From: Dehalococcoidales bacterium
GTDB taxonomy: Bacteria; Chloroflexota; Dehalococcoidia; Dehalococcoidales; BS750m-G39
Direction of reading: 5' to 3'
DNA length: 46,603 nucleotides
NCBI GenBank assembly: GCA_034409905.1
Contig: DAOUMR010000081.1
Location: forward strand, 1 to 46,603
Under the pieces are notes generated by a model. That model was not told the DNA's origin. It saw nothing but the letters and a program-made list of their open reading frames with translations, and did no database searches. Shown here piece by piece: positions 34,812 through 42,404 of the stretch (position 1 is its first letter; each line of letters starts with the position of its first letter). The translations under genes were made by a program, and so were the position numbers.

Positions 34812-35921
34812 CTAGTATTCCGGCCGGGAAAACCCACGCCACTTCTTGGGCTTGGGCATGTTGTTCGGGCTTAAGCTCTCCTCGAGCTCTTTTAGCAGCT
34901 TCTTCTGCTCTGAACTCAACGAATCGGGCGTGGCCACGAAGAGCGTCACCAGCAGGTCGCCGTGACCCCCGCCCCGCAGGTGGGCGACGCCCTTGCCTTT
35001 GAGCTTAAAGACCTCACCCGTCTGGCTGCCGGCGGGAATCTTGAGCTTGGCGTTGCCGTCCAGGGTGGGCACCTCAACCTCGGTGCCCAATGCCGCCTGG
35101 GCGAAATTCACCGGCAGCTCGTAGAGCAGGTCATCGCGGTAGCGGCTGAAGAACTCGTGCTCCTTGACCTCCAGAGCGATGTAAAGGTCGCCCGCCGCTC
35201 CGCCCCTCGTCCCCGCCTCCCCTTCGCCCTTGAGGCGTATCTGGGAGCCGTTATCCACCCCGGCGGGTATCGTCACCGCAATCTGGCGCTTGTGCCTTTC
35301 CTTGCCGCTGCCCTTGCATCTGGGGCAGGGGTCGGTGATAATCTGGCCCTCGCCGCGGCACTGGGGGCAGGTGGCGGTCTGGACGAAGCGCCCGAAGAAT
35401 TGCTGGTGGACGCGGCGCACCTGTCCGCTGCCGTTGCAGTTGGGACACCGGCTGGGCTGGCTGCCCGGCTTAGAGCCCGTGCCCTGGCAGGTCTGGCAGT
35501 TCTCGGTGCGCGATATAGATAGCTTCTTCTCGCAGCCTAGGGCGGCTTCCTCGAAGGTGATGGTCATGCCGTAGCGCAGGTCGGCGCCCCGCTGCGGGGT
35601 CTGGCGCCTGGCGGCGGCTCCCCCGCCGAAGAAGGCGTTAAAGATTTCGCCGAAACCGCCGAAGTCAAAGCCCTCGAAGCCCTGCCCGAAGAACCCCTCG
35701 GCGCCGCTGTGCCCGTAGCGGTCGTAGGCGGCACGCTTATCGGGGTCGCAGAGCACCTGGTAGGCTTCGTTGACCTCCTTGAACTTCTCCCCGGCCAGGT
35801 CTTCGTGGTTGTGGTCGGGGTGATATTTGAAGGCGAGCCGCCGGAAGGCCCGCTTTATCTCCTCGTCGGTGGCGTCGCGGTCAACGCCCAAGACTTCGTA
35901 GTAGTCACGTTTGGTCGGCAT
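34812..35921 (-). CDS. dnaJ: Chaperone DnaJ
   Basis: DYYEVLGV, the HPD motif, a G/F region and four CxxCxGxG repeats. Start set at ATG 35921 (MPTKRDYY). Confidence 0.95.
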   Translation of the reverse strand: MPTKRDYYEVLGVDRDATDEEIKRAFRRLAFKYHPDHNHEDLAGEKFKEVNEAYQVLCDPDKRAAYDRYGHSGAEGFFGQGFEGFDFGGFGEIFNAFFGGGAAARRQTPQRGADLRYGMTITFEEAALGCEKKLSISRTENCQTCQGTGSKPGSQPSRCPNCNGSGQVRRVHQQFFGRFVQTATCPQCRGEGQIITDPCPRCKGSGKERHKRQIAVTIPAGVDNGSQIRLKGEGEAGTRGGAAGDLYIALEVKEHEFFSRYRDDLLYELPVNFAQAALGTEVEVPTLDGNAKLKIPAGSQTGEVFKLKGKGVAHLRGGGHGDLLVTLFVATPDSLSSEQKKLLKELEESLSPNNMPKPKKWRGFSRPEY

Positions 35922-35954
35922 ATATTTTAGAACCCTATCACTTTTATCATTTTT

Positions 35955-36040
35955 CCACCCCACCCCCCTGTGTTAGCGTACGTATTTCTGACCCACCCTG
36001 CCCACCCTATAAGGGTGGTGCCCCTTTTATATCCTCCTTC
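35955..36040 (+). repeat. Repeat family copy with the TAGCGTACGT box
   Basis: CCACCCCACCCCCCTGTGTTAGCGTACGTATTTCTGACCCACCCTGCCCACCCTATAAGGGTGGTGCCCCTTTTATATCCTCCTTC. Confidence 0.8.
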
Positions 36041-36065
36041 ACCCCATTTCCCCAAATACTCCTCC

Positions 36066-36093
36066 GTCATTCCCGCGAAAGGCGGGAATCCAG
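36066..36093 (+). repeat. Hairpin module GTCATTCCCGCGAAAGGCGGGAATCCAG
   Basis: Near-identical to 22405-22431. Confidence 0.8.
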
Positions 36094-36103
36094 TCTCTCC
36101 TTA

Positions 36104-36178
36104 CCCCACCCCAGGTCTTTCTTCCCACACCAAATCCCACCCTACAGAGGTGTAACCTCTATATATTTCTCTTCCCGC
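36104..36178 (+). repeat. Repeat family copy: core plus AGAGGT..ACCTCT hairpin
   Basis: CCCCACCCCAGGTCTTTCTTCCCACACCAAATCCCACCCTACAGAGGTGTAACCTCTATATATTTCTCT. Confidence 0.8.
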
Positions 36179-36193
36179 CTCCCTAATTCTACT

Positions 36194-36227
36194 GTCATTG
36201 CGAGGAGCGCAACGACGAAGCAATCTC
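36194..36227 (+). repeat. Hairpin module GTCATTGCGAG...CGAAGCAATCTC
   Basis: Second copy at 40092-40121 (GTCATTGCGAGCCGAAGGCGAAGCAATCTC). Confidence 0.75.
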
Positions 36228-36312
36228 CTGTATATATTTTGTATGACCTCACTCCCTCAAAACCCCTCTATTTTGGCTCTCCGTGCGTCTGGGAGGCTCC
36301 TTAGCTGGGGTC

Positions 36313-36774
36313 TCAGCCCCGGGCTTTCTTTATTGCCTGGCACAGGGCTTCGGCCTTTCGCGACGAGATGATAAAGGTCTGGTCTATGGTCTCCAGCTTT
36401 ATCGCCTCGTTGATAAAGGCCTGGGTCAGGGCGAAGGTGCCGTCGCCGCCCTTCCTGATGCCCCACCCCCCGTAGTTCTTTACGGGGTGCTCCATCTTGA
36501 AAGGGGCGCAGTCCTGTATCTTAGCGACGTCGATATTCTTGCGGTAGATAAAGCCGAACCTTACCACCAGCTTGTCTTTAAACAGCTGCACCCTCATCTG
36601 GAAGAAGGCGATGATGATGGCGAAGGTCACGATGATATAGAGGGAAAAGAGCCACCACCACCCCCCGAAAATAATACCTGGCACCAGGCCAAGGGCTAGT
36701 GCCCACAGCGAGACACCGGCTATGAGCATGGTGTTCGCCCCCAGCCGTTCTTCAAAGATTGGCGTTGATGGCAT
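36313..36774 (-). CDS. Hypothetical membrane protein (2 TM helices plus a small soluble domain)
   Basis: 153-aa ORF with SD GAGGAAGAG upstream. WWWLFSLYIIVTFAIIIAFF helix. Confidence 0.6.
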   Translation of the reverse strand: MPSTPIFEERLGANTMLIAGVSLWALALGLVPGIIFGGWWWLFSLYIIVTFAIIIAFFQMRVQLFKDKLVVRFGFIYRKNIDVAKIQDCAPFKMEHPVKNYGGWGIRKGGDGTFALTQAFINEAIKLETIDQTFIISSRKAEALCQAIKKARG

Positions 36775-36794
36775 ATTCTCTTCCTCTTCTTCTT

Positions 36795-36998
36795 TTAATC
36801 ATCTATCTTGCACTCTTTTTCAATCAGTTCCATGAGAGCCTGATACTTGCCAGCGGCAATCTTACGGGTCGGTTTCAGCCCGTGCGCCTTGAGCCATTTC
36901 CAGTGCTCTTCAAAGTAAAAACGGGAACTGACCACATGGCGGCGCATACCCAGATTGGTAGCGGTGACCTGGCCGCAGACCTGACACTTATAACTCAT
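36795..36998 (-). CDS. 67-aa small protein with an N-terminal CxxC
   Basis: MSYKCQVCGQV... with SD-like AAGGGGGT 6 nt upstream. Lower GC than the flanks. Confidence 0.45.
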   Translation of the reverse strand: MSYKCQVCGQVTATNLGMRRHVVSSRFYFEEHWKWLKAHGLKPTRKIAAGKYQALMELIEKECKIDD

Positions 36999-37053
36999 AA
37001 TTTACCCCCTTATTCCTCCTCTATTTCAGATATGGGGACGAAGCCCCTCTTAG

Positions 37054-37455
37054 TCACTCTCCCGTTACCTTACTAGGCTTTCTAGATATTCGATCTATTA
37101 TCTTTGACAAGTTTTCTCCGATGCCAAAACCTAGAAACAAGCCACCCGCTATCATTGTACTTATTCCCCACCATACGAATTCGCCAACCACAAGACGAGA
37201 GCCCGCTAAAACCATACCTAGACCCAACGCAGTAAATGTAAGCTCGAACTCTGAAGCCTCTGCGAGCCAGCGCCAGCGAGTTTGAAATAATCTTCCCCTT
37301 AAAGGCAATATCACGCATGACGCTACCAGTATCGCTATAATTATGCCAGCTATTATTTCTAGCCAGAGGTTATAAGAAGACCAAAAACTAGACAAGGTGA
37401 TAGCGACACCTACTCTTTTTGCTATCTCGGACTTCAGATTTATTTTCCTCTGCAT
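37054..37455 (-). CDS. 133-aa four-TM membrane protein, unknown function
   Basis: ATG 37455 lies 8 nt after AAGGAG. AT-rich. The ORF track's TTG start at 37488 lies 5 nt after the dnaK stop. Confidence 0.55.
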   Translation of the reverse strand: MQRKINLKSEIAKRVGVAITLSSFWSSYNLWLEIIAGIIIAILVASCVILPLRGRLFQTRWRWLAEASEFELTFTALGLGMVLAGSRLVVGEFVWWGISTMIAGGLFLGFGIGENLSKIIDRISRKPSKVTGE

Positions 37456-37493
37456 TAGCCAAACTCCTTTGGCAGCGCCCTTATTCAAGCGAA

Positions 37494-39404
37494 TTATACC
37501 TCTTTAAATTCACCTTCCACGGTGCCTTCATCATCCCCACCTTCTCCCCCCTCACCGCCTTCTCCCTTATCGGGCGGCGGTTCACCGGGAGGTGGTTGCT
37601 GTTGCTGTCCGTAGACGGCGGAGCCGACCTTCTGCATCGCCTCATTCAGCTCCTGCGCCGCCTTGTTGATGGCTTCGATATCCGTCCCCTGCAGGGCGTC
37701 CTTGACCGCCTTGACCTTCTCCTCGACTTCTTTATTGAGGTCGTCGGGTATCTTGTCCTTGTTGTCCCTCAAGGTCTTCTCGGCGGTGTAGGCCAGGTTA
37801 TCGGCCATGTTGCGGGCTTCGATTTCCTGGCGCCGCTTGGTGTCCTCGGCGGCGTGCGCCTCGGCGTCCTTCTGCATCTTGGCCACCTCTTCCTTGGATA
37901 GCCCAGACGAAGCGGTGATGGTTATCTTTTGCTCCTTACCGGTGCCTTTGTCGCGGGCTTTAACGTTAAGGATGCCGTTGGCGTCAATATCGAAGCTGAC
38001 CTCAATCTGGGGCACGCCTCGGGGCGCGGGCAGGATGCCGTCGAGCATGAACCGCCCCAGCGTCCTGTTATCAGCCGCCATCGGCCTCTCACCCTGAAGA
38101 ACGTGAATCTCAACGCTGGGCTGGTTGTCGGCAGCCGTGCTGAAAATCTGGCTCTTCGAGGTCGGAATAGTGGTATTGCGCGGTATCAGCGGCGTGGCCA
38201 CCCGGCCCAGGGTCTCGATACCCAGCGTCAGCGGGGTAACGTCGAGCAGGAGAACGTCCTTGACATCCCCCTTAAGCACCCCGGCCTGGATAGCCGCCCC
38301 CACCGCCACCACCTCGTCGGGGTTGACCCCCTTGTGTGGCTCCTTGCCGAAGAACTGTTTGACCTTCTCCACAACCAGCGGCGTCCTCGTCTGGCCGCCC
38401 ACCATAACCACCTCGTCAATCTGGGCGGCGGTCTTATCGGCGTCGGCTAACGCCTGCTTGCAGGGCTCAATGCTCTTTTCCACCAGGTCGCCCACCAGCT
38501 GCTCCAGTTTGGCGCGCGTCAGGGTGATATTAAGGTGCTTGGGCCCGCTGGCGTCGGCGGTAACGAAGGGCAGGTTGACGTCGGTCTGCTGCACGGTGGA
38601 AAGCTCGCACTTGGCCTTTTCGGCGGCTTCCTTTAAGCGTTGCAGCGCCATCTTGTCCTGCTTGAGGTCGATGCCCTGGTCCTTCTTAAACTCGTCGCAG
38701 AGCCAGTCCATAATCCTCTGGTCGAAGTCGTCGCCCCCCAGGTGGGTATCGCCATTGGTCGACTTGACCTGGAAGGTGCCTTCGCCCAGCTCTAAAATAG
38801 AGATGTCGAAGGTGCCCCCGCCCAGGTCGTAGACGGCGATAATCTCCTCCTTTTTCTTGTCTAGCCCGTAGGCGAGCGAGGCCGCTGTCGGCTCGTTGAT
38901 TATCCGGAGGACGTTAAGCCCGGCTATCTTGCCCGCGTCCTTGGTCGCCTGGCGCTGTGAGTCGTTGAAATAGGCGGGCACGGTGATGACCGCCTCGGTG
39001 ACCTTCTCGCCGAGATAGGCTTCGGCATCCGTCTTCAGCTTCTGCAGAATCATAGCCGAGATTTCGGGCGGGCTGTATTCCTTGTCGCCCATCTTGACCC
39101 AGGCGTCGCCGTTGGCCGCCTTGACTATCTTATAGGGCAGCAGTTTTCGGTCGTAGGTCACGGTGGGCTCGTCGAACTTGCGCCCCATCAGGCGCTTGAT
39201 GCTGAAAATCGTATTATCGGGGTTGGTGATAGCCTGCCGTTTGGCGACCTGTCCCACCAGGCGCTCGCCGGTCTTACTAATGGCCACCACCGAAGGCGTG
39301 ATGCGCCCACCCTCGGCGTTGGTGATGACCTTGGGCTCCCCCGCCTCCATAACCGCCACCGCGGAAAAGGTAGTGCCTAAATCAATACCTATAACCTTGG
39401 CCAT
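37494..39404 (-). CDS. dnaK: Chaperone DnaK (Hsp70)
   Basis: [17 protein letters not shown] and VGGQTR motifs. 636 aa. Confidence 0.98.
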   Translation of the reverse strand: MAKVIGIDLGTTFSAVAVMEAGEPKVITNAEGGRITPSVVAISKTGERLVGQVAKRQAITNPDNTIFSIKRLMGRKFDEPTVTYDRKLLPYKIVKAANGDAWVKMGDKEYSPPEISAMILQKLKTDAEAYLGEKVTEAVITVPAYFNDSQRQATKDAGKIAGLNVLRIINEPTAASLAYGLDKKKEEIIAVYDLGGGTFDISILELGEGTFQVKSTNGDTHLGGDDFDQRIMDWLCDEFKKDQGIDLKQDKMALQRLKEAAEKAKCELSTVQQTDVNLPFVTADASGPKHLNITLTRAKLEQLVGDLVEKSIEPCKQALADADKTAAQIDEVVMVGGQTRTPLVVEKVKQFFGKEPHKGVNPDEVVAVGAAIQAGVLKGDVKDVLLLDVTPLTLGIETLGRVATPLIPRNTTIPTSKSQIFSTAADNQPSVEIHVLQGERPMAADNRTLGRFMLDGILPAPRGVPQIEVSFDIDANGILNVKARDKGTGKEQKITITASSGLSKEEVAKMQKDAEAHAAEDTKRRQEIEARNMADNLAYTAEKTLRDNKDKIPDDLNKEVEEKVKAVKDALQGTDIEAINKAAQELNEAMQKVGSAVYGQQQQPPPGEPPPDKGEGGEGGEGGDDEGTVEGEFKEV

Positions 39405-39408
39405 TGTC

Positions 39409-39969
39409 TTATGCCTCCTCTTCTCCGTTGCCCACTACCACCATAGTGGGTCGGATTACTCTGTCGTGTAGCTTGTATCCCTTTTGGACTTCTTCGATAA
39501 CGATGCCTTCCTGGCCCTTGTCCTGTCTCACCGCCTCGTGGAGGTTGGGATCGAAGGGCTCGCCCAGAGCCTTGATGGGGGAAAGCCCCTGCGCCTCCAG
39601 GTTCGCCCAGAGCTTGTGCTCGACGAGCTTGATGCCTTCCACCCAGCTCATCTTGGCTAGTCGCGGCGGGATGGAGATAAAGGCTCGCTCGAAGTCATCC
39701 AGGATGGGCAGCAGGCCGAGCACGAACACGGAGTTGGCGAACTGGGCCACCTCTCCTCTTTCCTGCTCGCTGCGCCGCTTGTAGTTGATGAAATCGGCCT
39801 GGGCGCGCTGCCAGCCGGCCAGGTTGGCTTCGGCCTTGGCTTGTGCCTCGGCCAGTAGCTTTTTCAGCGTCTCAATATCCTCAATATCGCTGAAATCAGC
39901 CTCGGCTTTCGTCTCCTCCGGTTTGACCTCGCTATCTTTATTCTCTTCCACGGGTTCTCGTGGCATCAT
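39409..39969 (-). CDS. grpE: Nucleotide exchange factor GrpE
   Basis: Position between hrcA and dna[10 protein letters not shown] motif. Confidence 0.93.
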   Translation of the reverse strand: MMPREPVEENKDSEVKPEETKAEADFSDIEDIETLKKLLAEAQAKAEANLAGWQRAQADFINYKRRSEQERGEVAQFANSVFVLGLLPILDDFERAFISIPPRLAKMSWVEGIKLVEHKLWANLEAQGLSPIKALGEPFDPNLHEAVRQDKGQEGIVIEEVQKGYKLHDRVIRPTMVVVGNGEEEA

Positions 39970-39995
39970 TATTATCTATCCCCTTTATTAATTCT

Positions 39996-40068
39996 CCGCC
40001 CCACCCAGGTTTTTCGTCCCACCCAATACCCACCCTGTAAGGGTGGTGCCCCTTTTATCTCCTCCTTC
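39996..40068 (+). repeat. Repeat family copy (hybrid form)
   Basis: CGCCCCACCCAGGTTTTTCGTCCCACCCAATACCCACCCTGTAAGGGTGGTGCCCCTTTTATCTCCTCCTTC. Confidence 0.8.
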
Positions 40069-40091
40069 AATGGGCTGTGCCCCGCCCCGCC

Positions 40092-40121
40092 GTCATTGCG
40101 AGCCGAAGGCGAAGCAATCTC
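40092..40121 (+). repeat. Hairpin module GTCATTGCGAG..GAAGCAATCTC
   Basis: Abuts the hrcA stop codon. Copy of 36194-36227. Confidence 0.75.
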
Positions 40122-40122
40122 T

Positions 40123-41151
40123 TTACTCTTTTGTCGGCTTTCTCCCGTAAAGCTCGGCGACCAGGCGGTTCAGGACCGATGACAGATAGCCCACGGTAGA
40201 GATGGTGCGGGCGTAGGGCATTCTTGTCGGCCCCACCACCCCCATAATGCCCACGGCTTCCTCGGGCAGACCGTAGCGGCTGATGACCACGCTACAGTCC
40301 TGGATGGCTTTCGCCTTGTTCTCCTTGCCGATGATTACCTGCACCCCGCCCCCCAGTCCCTGGGGAGCGACGCTCTGGAGCAGGTTATGGCCTTCGGCCA
40401 GCTCCATCAGGGCGAGCCCCCGCTGGCCTTGGCGGAACTCGGGCTGGTTGAGGGTAAAGTGCAGCCCATCGAGGCGGGAGGGCTCGAACTCGTGCTCGTC
40501 TTCGGCCTGCATTATATTGAGCAGGCATTCGGTCACCTGTTTTTCGGCGGGGGAAAGCTTCAGCTTCTTGGCCGAAATCTTGTCTCGGCTTAAGCCCGAA
40601 TAGGCCTTATTGAGCTTATTGGCTATTCTGGTCAGTTCCGATTGCGTTATAGCCTTTTCGAAGGTTATCAGCTGCTGCTTGAGCCGGGCGCCCTGAAGGA
40701 CGAGGACGACCAGCGCCAGCGACTCTCTCAAGGCGACCAGCTCCAAATGCTTGAACTGGCAGTGGGCCGTCTTGGGCATGGCCACGATAGCCACGTTCTG
40801 CACCAGCTGGGCGGTCAGCGTCGCCGCCAGGCTCAGCCACTCCTCCATCTCCCTTTCTACCTGGTGGAAGAGGTGGCTGATTAGAAACTGCTCGGCTAGA
40901 GGCAGCTCGATGTCGCTTAGAGTCTCCACGTAGAAGCGATAGCCCTTATCCGAGGGGATGCTCCCCGCGGAGGGGTGGGGACGAATGATATAGCCTTCCT
41001 GCTCCAGGTGCGCCATCTCGTTGCGGATGGTGGCCGGGCTTACCGCCAGCTCGTAGTCGTTGATAATGCTCTGGGAGGGCACCGGCACCGTCCGCGTGAT
41101 GTACTGTCCCACTATTGATTTGAGTATGGTCTCGCTTCTCGGTGATAGCAC
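40123..41151 (-). CDS. hrcA: Heat-inducible transcriptional repressor HrcA
   Basis: Winged-helix N-terminus (SPATIRNEMAHLEQEGYI). 342 aa. CIRCE lies upstream. Confidence 0.93.
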   Translation of the reverse strand: MLSPRSETILKSIVGQYITRTVPVPSQSIINDYELAVSPATIRNEMAHLEQEGYIIRPHPSAGSIPSDKGYRFYVETLSDIELPLAEQFLISHLFHQVEREMEEWLSLAATLTAQLVQNVAIVAMPKTAHCQFKHLELVALRESLALVVLVLQGARLKQQLITFEKAITQSELTRIANKLNKAYSGLSRDKISAKKLKLSPAEKQVTECLLNIMQAEDEHEFEPSRLDGLHFTLNQPEFRQGQRGLALMELAEGHNLLQSVAPQGLGGGVQVIIGKENKAKAIQDCSVVISRYGLPEEAVGIMGVVGPTRMPYARTISTVGYLSSVLNRLVAELYGRKPTKE

Positions 41152-41174
41152 CTTAAAGCCTCCCTATTCTCAAG

Positions 41175-41201
41175 TTAGCAGTCTAAGGGTTAGACTGCTA
41201 A
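41175..41201. promoter_or_regulatory. CIRCE operator (HrcA binding site)
   Basis: TTAGCAGTC-N9-GACTGCTAA, against the consensus TTAGCACTC-N9-GAGTGCTAA. It sits between the promoter and the hrcA start. Confidence 0.85.
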
Positions 41202-41209
41202 TCATATCT

Positions 41210-41238
41210 AAATTACCACTTTAGAGCCCAGTTGTCAA
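41210..41238 (-). promoter_or_regulatory. Sigma-70-like promoter of the hrcA operon
   Basis: On the minus strand, TTGACA-N17-TAATTT immediately upstream of CIRCE. Confidence 0.6.
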
Positions 41239-41267
41239 TAGATAAATCTGGTCAAAGTTGTTTATTT

Positions 41268-41342
41268 CCCCGCCCCCCAGGTCTTTTTCCCACCCAATAC
41301 CCACCCCTGCTTTGCAGGGTGTCACCTCTATAGACTTCTCTC
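41268..41342 (+). repeat. Repeat family copy: core plus hairpin
   Basis: CCCCGCCCCCCAGGTCTTTTTCCCACCCAATACCCACCCCTGCTTTGCAGGGTGTCACCTCTATAGACTTCTCT. Confidence 0.8.
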
Positions 41343-41662
41343 CCCACCCCACATTATCTAGCGTGCGTTTATCGTCCCACCCAATACCCACCCTATAAGG
41401 GTGGTACCCCTTTTAAATCCTCCTTTAGGGTTACGCCCCTCCCTGTTTTGAGGGGGCTCATAAGGGGGGCGAAGCCCCCTCTCAAACCCCCAAATACCAC
41501 TGGCATTCCCGCGTTCCCTTTGTCATTCCTGTGAAGACAGGAATCCAGTTTTCTCCCTCAAACCCCCAAAATGGGGTGGGGTAGGGGCGTACCTCCAACG
41601 GGAGTTCTAGAGGGTGGGTAGGGTGGGCAATAACAACCTACGCTAACAAAGGTGGGGAGCGG
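41342..41662. mobile_element. MITE-like element: inverted repeat arms around two hairpin modules
   Basis: Left arm CCCCACCCCACATTATCTAGCGTGCGTTTATCGTCCCACCCAATACCCACCCTATAAGGGTGG. The right arm is its reverse complement (CTAGAGGGTGGGTAGGGTGGGCAATAACAACCTACGCTAACAAAGGTGGGG). The interior holds a GGGGGGCGAAGCCCCCTCTC hairpin and a TGTCATTCCTGTGAAGACAGGAATCCAG hairpin. Confidence 0.6.
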
Positions 41663-41759
41663 GGATGAAAAACTACTCCCGATAAAGGGGTGAATTATAG
41701 CTAAAAAGATACCCCCCCAGATTTGATTGCCAGCCTCTAGCTGTGCTATATTTAGGGCA

Positions 41760-42398
41760 ATGGATATCACCTGGCTGGGTCATTCCTGCTTCAGGCTCAA
41801 GGGCAGCCATGCCACCGTCATCACCGACCCCTATTCACCGGAAATCGGCTACTCTATGGGCAAAACCAATGCCCGCATTGTCACCGTTTCCCATCAGCAC
41901 CCCGGCCACTCCTATACCAAGGGCGTCGGCGGCGAGCCCAAGGTGGTGGAGCGCCCCGGTGAATACGAAATCGGCGGCGTGCTCATCATCGGTATCGCCA
42001 CCTTCCACGACAAAGAGAAGGGCGAGAAGCGGGGCAAAAACACCGTCTACCTGCTGGAGATAGACGAGGTCATGATATGTCACCTCGGCGACCTGGGGCA
42101 CGTCCTCACCGGCGAGCAGGTCGAGGAGATTGACGATGTCGATGTGCTCTTGCTCCCCGTGGGCGGAGTGGCCACCATAAACGCTTCTACCGCCGCCGAG
42201 GTGGTGCGACAGATTGAACCCAAGATAGTCATCCCCATGCACTATAAGACGCCGCCGCTCAAGATGGAGCTGGACCCCGTGGAAAAATTCCTCAAAGAGA
42301 TAGGCGCCAAGCAGGTCGAGCCGCTGCCCAAGCTCTCCGTATCCAAGTCGAACCTGCCCCCCACCACCCAGGTCGTCCTCCTCGACTACCCCCACTAA
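41760..42398 (+). CDS. MBL-fold metal-dependent hydrolase (UPF0173-like)
   Basis: MDITWLGHSCFRLKG N-terminus and VSHQHPGH motif. Start set at ATG 41760. Confidence 0.8.
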   Translation: MDITWLGHSCFRLKGSHATVITDPYSPEIGYSMGKTNARIVTVSHQHPGHSYTKGVGGEPKVVERPGEYEIGGVLIIGIATFHDKEKGEKRGKNTVYLLEIDEVMICHLGDLGHVLTGEQVEEIDDVDVLLLPVGGVATINASTAAEVVRQIEPKIVIPMHYKTPPLKMELDPVEKFLKEIGAKQVEPLPKLSVSKSNLPPTTQVVLLDYPH

Positions 42399-42404
42399 GC
42401 TTCT

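Noticed and set aside
3435-37488. Mobility genes (integrase, transposase, recombinase) that could explain the AT-rich islets
   Set aside because: I looked through all six-frame ORFs near each islet and found no DDE, tyrosine or serine recombinase-like motifs. The islets therefore cannot be called mobile elements from this window alone.
13321-41662. Possibility that the recurring short repeats form a CRISPR array
   Set aside because: The copies are scattered over 28 kb in separate intergenic regions, in both orientations, with irregular spacing and mosaic composition. There is no regular repeat-spacer periodicity and no cas genes.
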